Positions 61,308 to 64,000 of a stretch of DNA of 64,000 nt are shown here, piece after piece. This DNA comes from Candidatus Eiseniibacteriota bacterium. Its GTDB lineage: Bacteria; Eisenbacteria; RBG-16-71-46. The notes under the pieces are model-generated. The model worked only from the letters and a program-made list of their open reading frames with translations. It had not been told where the DNA came from and ran no database searches. The stretch spans positions 64,001 through 128,000 of the forward strand of contig CAVZLN010000003.1 in assembly GCA_963776245.1 (NCBI GenBank). The letters are read 5' to 3'. Numbering within the stretch: the stretch's first letter is position 1; every line of letters starts with the position of its first letter. Position numbers and translations under genes: made by a program.

Positions 61308-62020
61308 TCAAGGGCAGCCCGTATCGGTCGCGCTGGTCGAGCAGCCGCTAGCACAACCCAAGTAGGCAGACCCCAGATCGACAGGTCGGTGCCGGCGATC
61401 TCGCCCGAGAAGTCAAAGTCCGAACGGCCAGCGAACGGGGCGGGCGACGGGCCCTTGCGATTGAAATAGTCGGACGAGTAGAGCCCCAGGTCGAGGCCGT
61501 CGTACCCCAGCAGGCCGCTGAGGTCATACGAGGCGACCGTGTAGTTTCCGAAATCCACGCCATCCACCGTCATGTGGCAGCACAGGCCGCCCGTGATCGC
61601 CCCCGACGAAGTGGACCCGCCGAGGATGCGGAACGTCGCGAGGCCACCGGCGTCCGTCAGCGCGCTGACCTGCCCGGAGGACACGTCGTCGTCAGCCCGG
61701 GCCACGGCTGCGGATTCGCGATCCAGATGTCCGGCGCGCACGCCGAGAAGTCGAGCACGACGTTCGCGCCCCACACCGGGTTGCCGCCGATGTCGCGCAC
61801 GGTCACGGTGAACTGACTGCGGCTATCTACGCCGAGGGCCGTGCCCTGGCTGCTGAGCGCACCGAGGAAGGGCGCGGGGAGGCCGGGAGTATTGGCGCCC
61901 AGCTTGATGCCCAGCGGCTTGGTGGAAGTCGAGGAATTCGGCACGCTCGCCAGTCGCCGCCCCGGCGACGAGCAGGCCGCACACCGAGAGAAGCGTGGCC
62001 TTGCGAATCAAACCAGTCAT
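61308..62020 (-). CDS. Exported protein with Ig-like core and EF-hand/dockerin-like C-terminal motifs; three apparent frameshifts
   Basis: GGAGG RBS; joined frames MTGLIRK.../VPNS...FTVTVRDIGGNPV.../TDAGGLATF...YDLSG...SDFDFSGEIAGTDLSIW/GSAYLG...GCP*. Confidence 0.65.
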
Positions 62021-62199
62021 TGTTGCACCTCCATAAGATGGTCACCCGGTTGCTAAAGAGAAGGCAAGGCTCAGCTGCAAGCAATCAGGTCTGGCTTCGA
62101 GCCACCTCCTTTCGAATCCTTACTTCCATTCCAAGAAAGACTTGTCGCCGCGAGGCGAAGATATCTGACGCTTTGGCAAGACGTTCCGCGACGTAAGAA

Positions 62200-62229
62200 A
62201 GTCTAGGAGTCACGTCCACGGCGTGTCAA
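62200..62229 (-). promoter_or_regulatory. Near-consensus sigma70 promoter for the exported-protein cluster
   Basis: TTGACA-N18-TAGACT, about 180 nt upstream of ATG 62020. Confidence 0.72.
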
Positions 62230-62357
62230 GTGGGTTTTTCGCGTCAAGCTCCTCTGTGCCTCGTGGTTGGCCGGCACCCCCCCGGCCCGGGCTTTCTCCC
62301 CGGCCGGCGGGCCTGCGACCGACCCCGGGCCAATCTGCCCGGAGCGCTGATCCACGG

Positions 62358-62434
62358 TGGTGGGCGAAACAGGGTTCGAACCTGTGACCCCTTGCTTGTA
62401 AGGCAAGTGCTCTGACCAGCTGAGCTATTCGCCC
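62358..62434 (-). tRNA. tRNA-Val (anticodon TAC)
   Basis: GGGCGAATAGCTCAGCTGGTCAGAGCA-CTTGC-CTTACAA-GCAAG-GGGTC-ACAGGTTCGAACCCTGT-TTCGCCCACCA; cloverleaf with encoded CCA. Confidence 0.97.
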
Positions 62435-62679
62435 GCAGCCTCGGTCTTCCCGCGGACCAGGAGCGAGGCCGGGACGAGCACCACGTACCCGAGCACCAGG
62501 AGGATGGGGGCGGCAGTGATATCCCCCTTGGAAAGCAGGACATAGCCCACGGCCAGGACGGCGATCCCGATCCCCAGCAGGAGGGTGTTCAGCCCCCCCC
62601 AGCGGAATCCCGGGTCCACGGCGACCACCGGCTTCCTGACGTTCCGCGACCTCGTGACGCTGGGCTTGTTGGCGCTCAT
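62425..62679 (-). CDS. Small two-TM membrane protein (DUF3098-like)
   Basis: GGAG RBS; N..LLGIG....GY.LL...APILLVLGY pattern. Confidence 0.75.
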   Translation of the reverse strand: MSANKPSVTRSRNVRKPVVAVDPGFRWGGLNTLLLGIGIAVLAVGYVLLSKGDITAAPILLVLGYVVLVPASLLVRGKTEAAGE

Positions 62680-62873
62680 CTCGACTGCTCCCTGGCTTCC
62701 CGAATGGGAAAAGCCGACGGTTACGGGCTGGGCGAGCCAGTCCGAGACCGTCGGCTGTCCGGGGCGAGAGGCCCGGGGCACGAACGATCTCAGCGAGGAT
62801 CGCTTTGGGTGCCGCCGCCTCCGTGGGGCGTGCGTCTTCTACCCCAATCGGAGGCCGCGGGGTTCCCGCTTTC

Positions 62874-63765
62874 TCAGGCGGGCGGCTCGCCGCCCAGGTT
62901 ACGCCCCGGAAGGGGGTTCAGGCTGCCCGATCGGAACCCCTCCAGGTCCAGCGTGACGACGGTGAATCCCGCCCGCTTCAGCGCCTCGATCGCGCGCTCG
63001 CGCACCGGGCGCTCGAGCAGCCGCGGCAGGTCGGCGAGCGGGACCTCGATGCGCGCGGTGTCGCCGAAGTGGCGCACCCGGCATTCGCGGAAACCCAGCG
63101 CGTGCAGCGCCTGCTCGCCCGCCTCCACCATGGCCAGGCCCTCGGACGTGATCGCGGTGCCATGCGGGATCCGCGAGGCGAGGCAGGGCGAGGCCGGCTT
63201 GTCGTGGCTCGCGAGCCCGAAGTGCCGCGCCACGGCGCGCACCTCGGCCTTGGTGAACCCCAGTTCGGCCAGCGGCGAGCGCACCGCGCGCTCGGCCGCC
63301 GCGTGGCGGCCCGGACGGTAGTCGCGCGCGTCGTCGGCGATGGTGCCGTCGAGCACCGCGGCCGCGCCGTGGCGCGCGCGCACCTCGCCGAGGCGGCGGA
63401 ACAGCTCGTTCTTGCAGTGATAGCAGCGGTTCACGGGATTGCTCGCGAACGCCGGGTCGCTCAACTCGCCGGTGGTCACGATCTCCACCGCCGCGCCGAA
63501 CGAGGCGGCCTGCGTGAGGGCCGCCTCCAGTTCGCGCCGGGCGTAGGAGTCGGAACGCCCGATCACGCCCACCGCGCGGCCTCCGAGCACCTCGTGCGCC
63601 ACGCGCAGGAGCACGCTCGAGTCCACGCCGCCCGAATAGGCCACCACGCACGAGCCCAGCTCGTGCAGCACGTGACGCAAGCGCGCCAAGCTTCTCGGGC
63701 CATGGCAGGCCCTCGAGCGAGGTGTTCGCGGGTGCGCCGATCTGGATGAGGAGGTGGCCGGACAT
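62874..63765 (-). CDS. larE: LarE-like ATP-dependent sulfur transferase; one frameshift near 63688
   Basis: VAYSGGVDS, RCYHCK, DYRPG, KPASPCLASRIP; TACGCT -10 box 9 nt before ATG 63765. Confidence 0.88.
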
Positions 63766-63799
63766 GGGTGCGGCAGCGTATCACATGTGGGTGGCTCAC

Positions 63800-64000
63800 G
63801 GCACCTGACGGCGCGCGCGGTGCGGGCGGCGCGCGCGGCGCGCCCGCCCGCTCCCGGCGCCAGCAGCCCGCCGCACCCGACGCACAGCAGCGGCAGCATC
63901 GGGAACAGATAGCGCACCCCCGCGTTGACCTGCGCGAGCATCGTCGCCCCGAGCACCACCACCGCCGGCACCAGCACGAATGCGTCGTTCCACCGGCGCC
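63800..64000 (-). CDS. Fragment of membrane protein (GT-C/PMT-like), entering from window edge
   Basis: Hydrophobic stretch with N.GVRYLFP..PLL motif; no clear normal terminus. Confidence 0.45.

Noticed and set aside
57834..62358. Genomic island integrated at tRNA-Val
   Set aside because: No integrase and no duplicated tRNA 3' end noticed; genes look lineage-typical
49190..63700. Multiple frameshifts as programmed frameshifting or pseudogenes
   Set aside because: They cluster in one part of the window; those inspected are single-base indels, several in short homopolymers, with otherwise intact motifs. Sequencing/assembly error is the simplest explanation.
62874..63977. Membrane domain-LarE fusion as in the ORF track
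   Set aside because: A better start at 63765 with its own -10 box plus one frameshift explains the sequence

Overview
Very GC-rich bacterial genomic window. The gene repertoire (PorV/PorU-like T9SS parts, FlgD-Ig/CTD cargo proteins, proteins ending in WGxxKxLYR) suggests an FCB-related candidate lineage such as Ca. Eisenbacteria; this is inference only. From left to right: partial metH; DUF1326/SixA/SDR genes; an operon of E2 acyltransferase, lipB, A-type Fe-S carrier, DUF2203, nadA and lipA; and a ~15 kb minus-strand locus running rpiB (with a microcompartment encapsulation-peptide-like N-terminus), add, CTD protein, TonB-dependent receptor, PorV-like barrel, propeller lipoprotein, paralogous CTD protein, lipoprotein, and a secreted OB-fold/FlgD protein. 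Further nucleoside salvage genes (udk, tdk, BMP, nucleoside ABC transporter, PNP, alkaline phosphatase) are spread through 28-48 kb. Next come a PorU-like C25 peptidase flanked by three PPIase-type genes, a cluster of small Cys-rich exported paralogs carrying a conserved C-terminal [ST]WGx[IV]KxLYR motif, tRNA-Val(TAC) overlapping a DUF3098-like gene, and larE. A covarying stem-loop element with an identical 32-nt core occurs twice. Many genes look leaderless. Frameshifts cluster after ~49 kb and probably reflect long-read errors. All product calls come from motif recognition by eye, not database searches.
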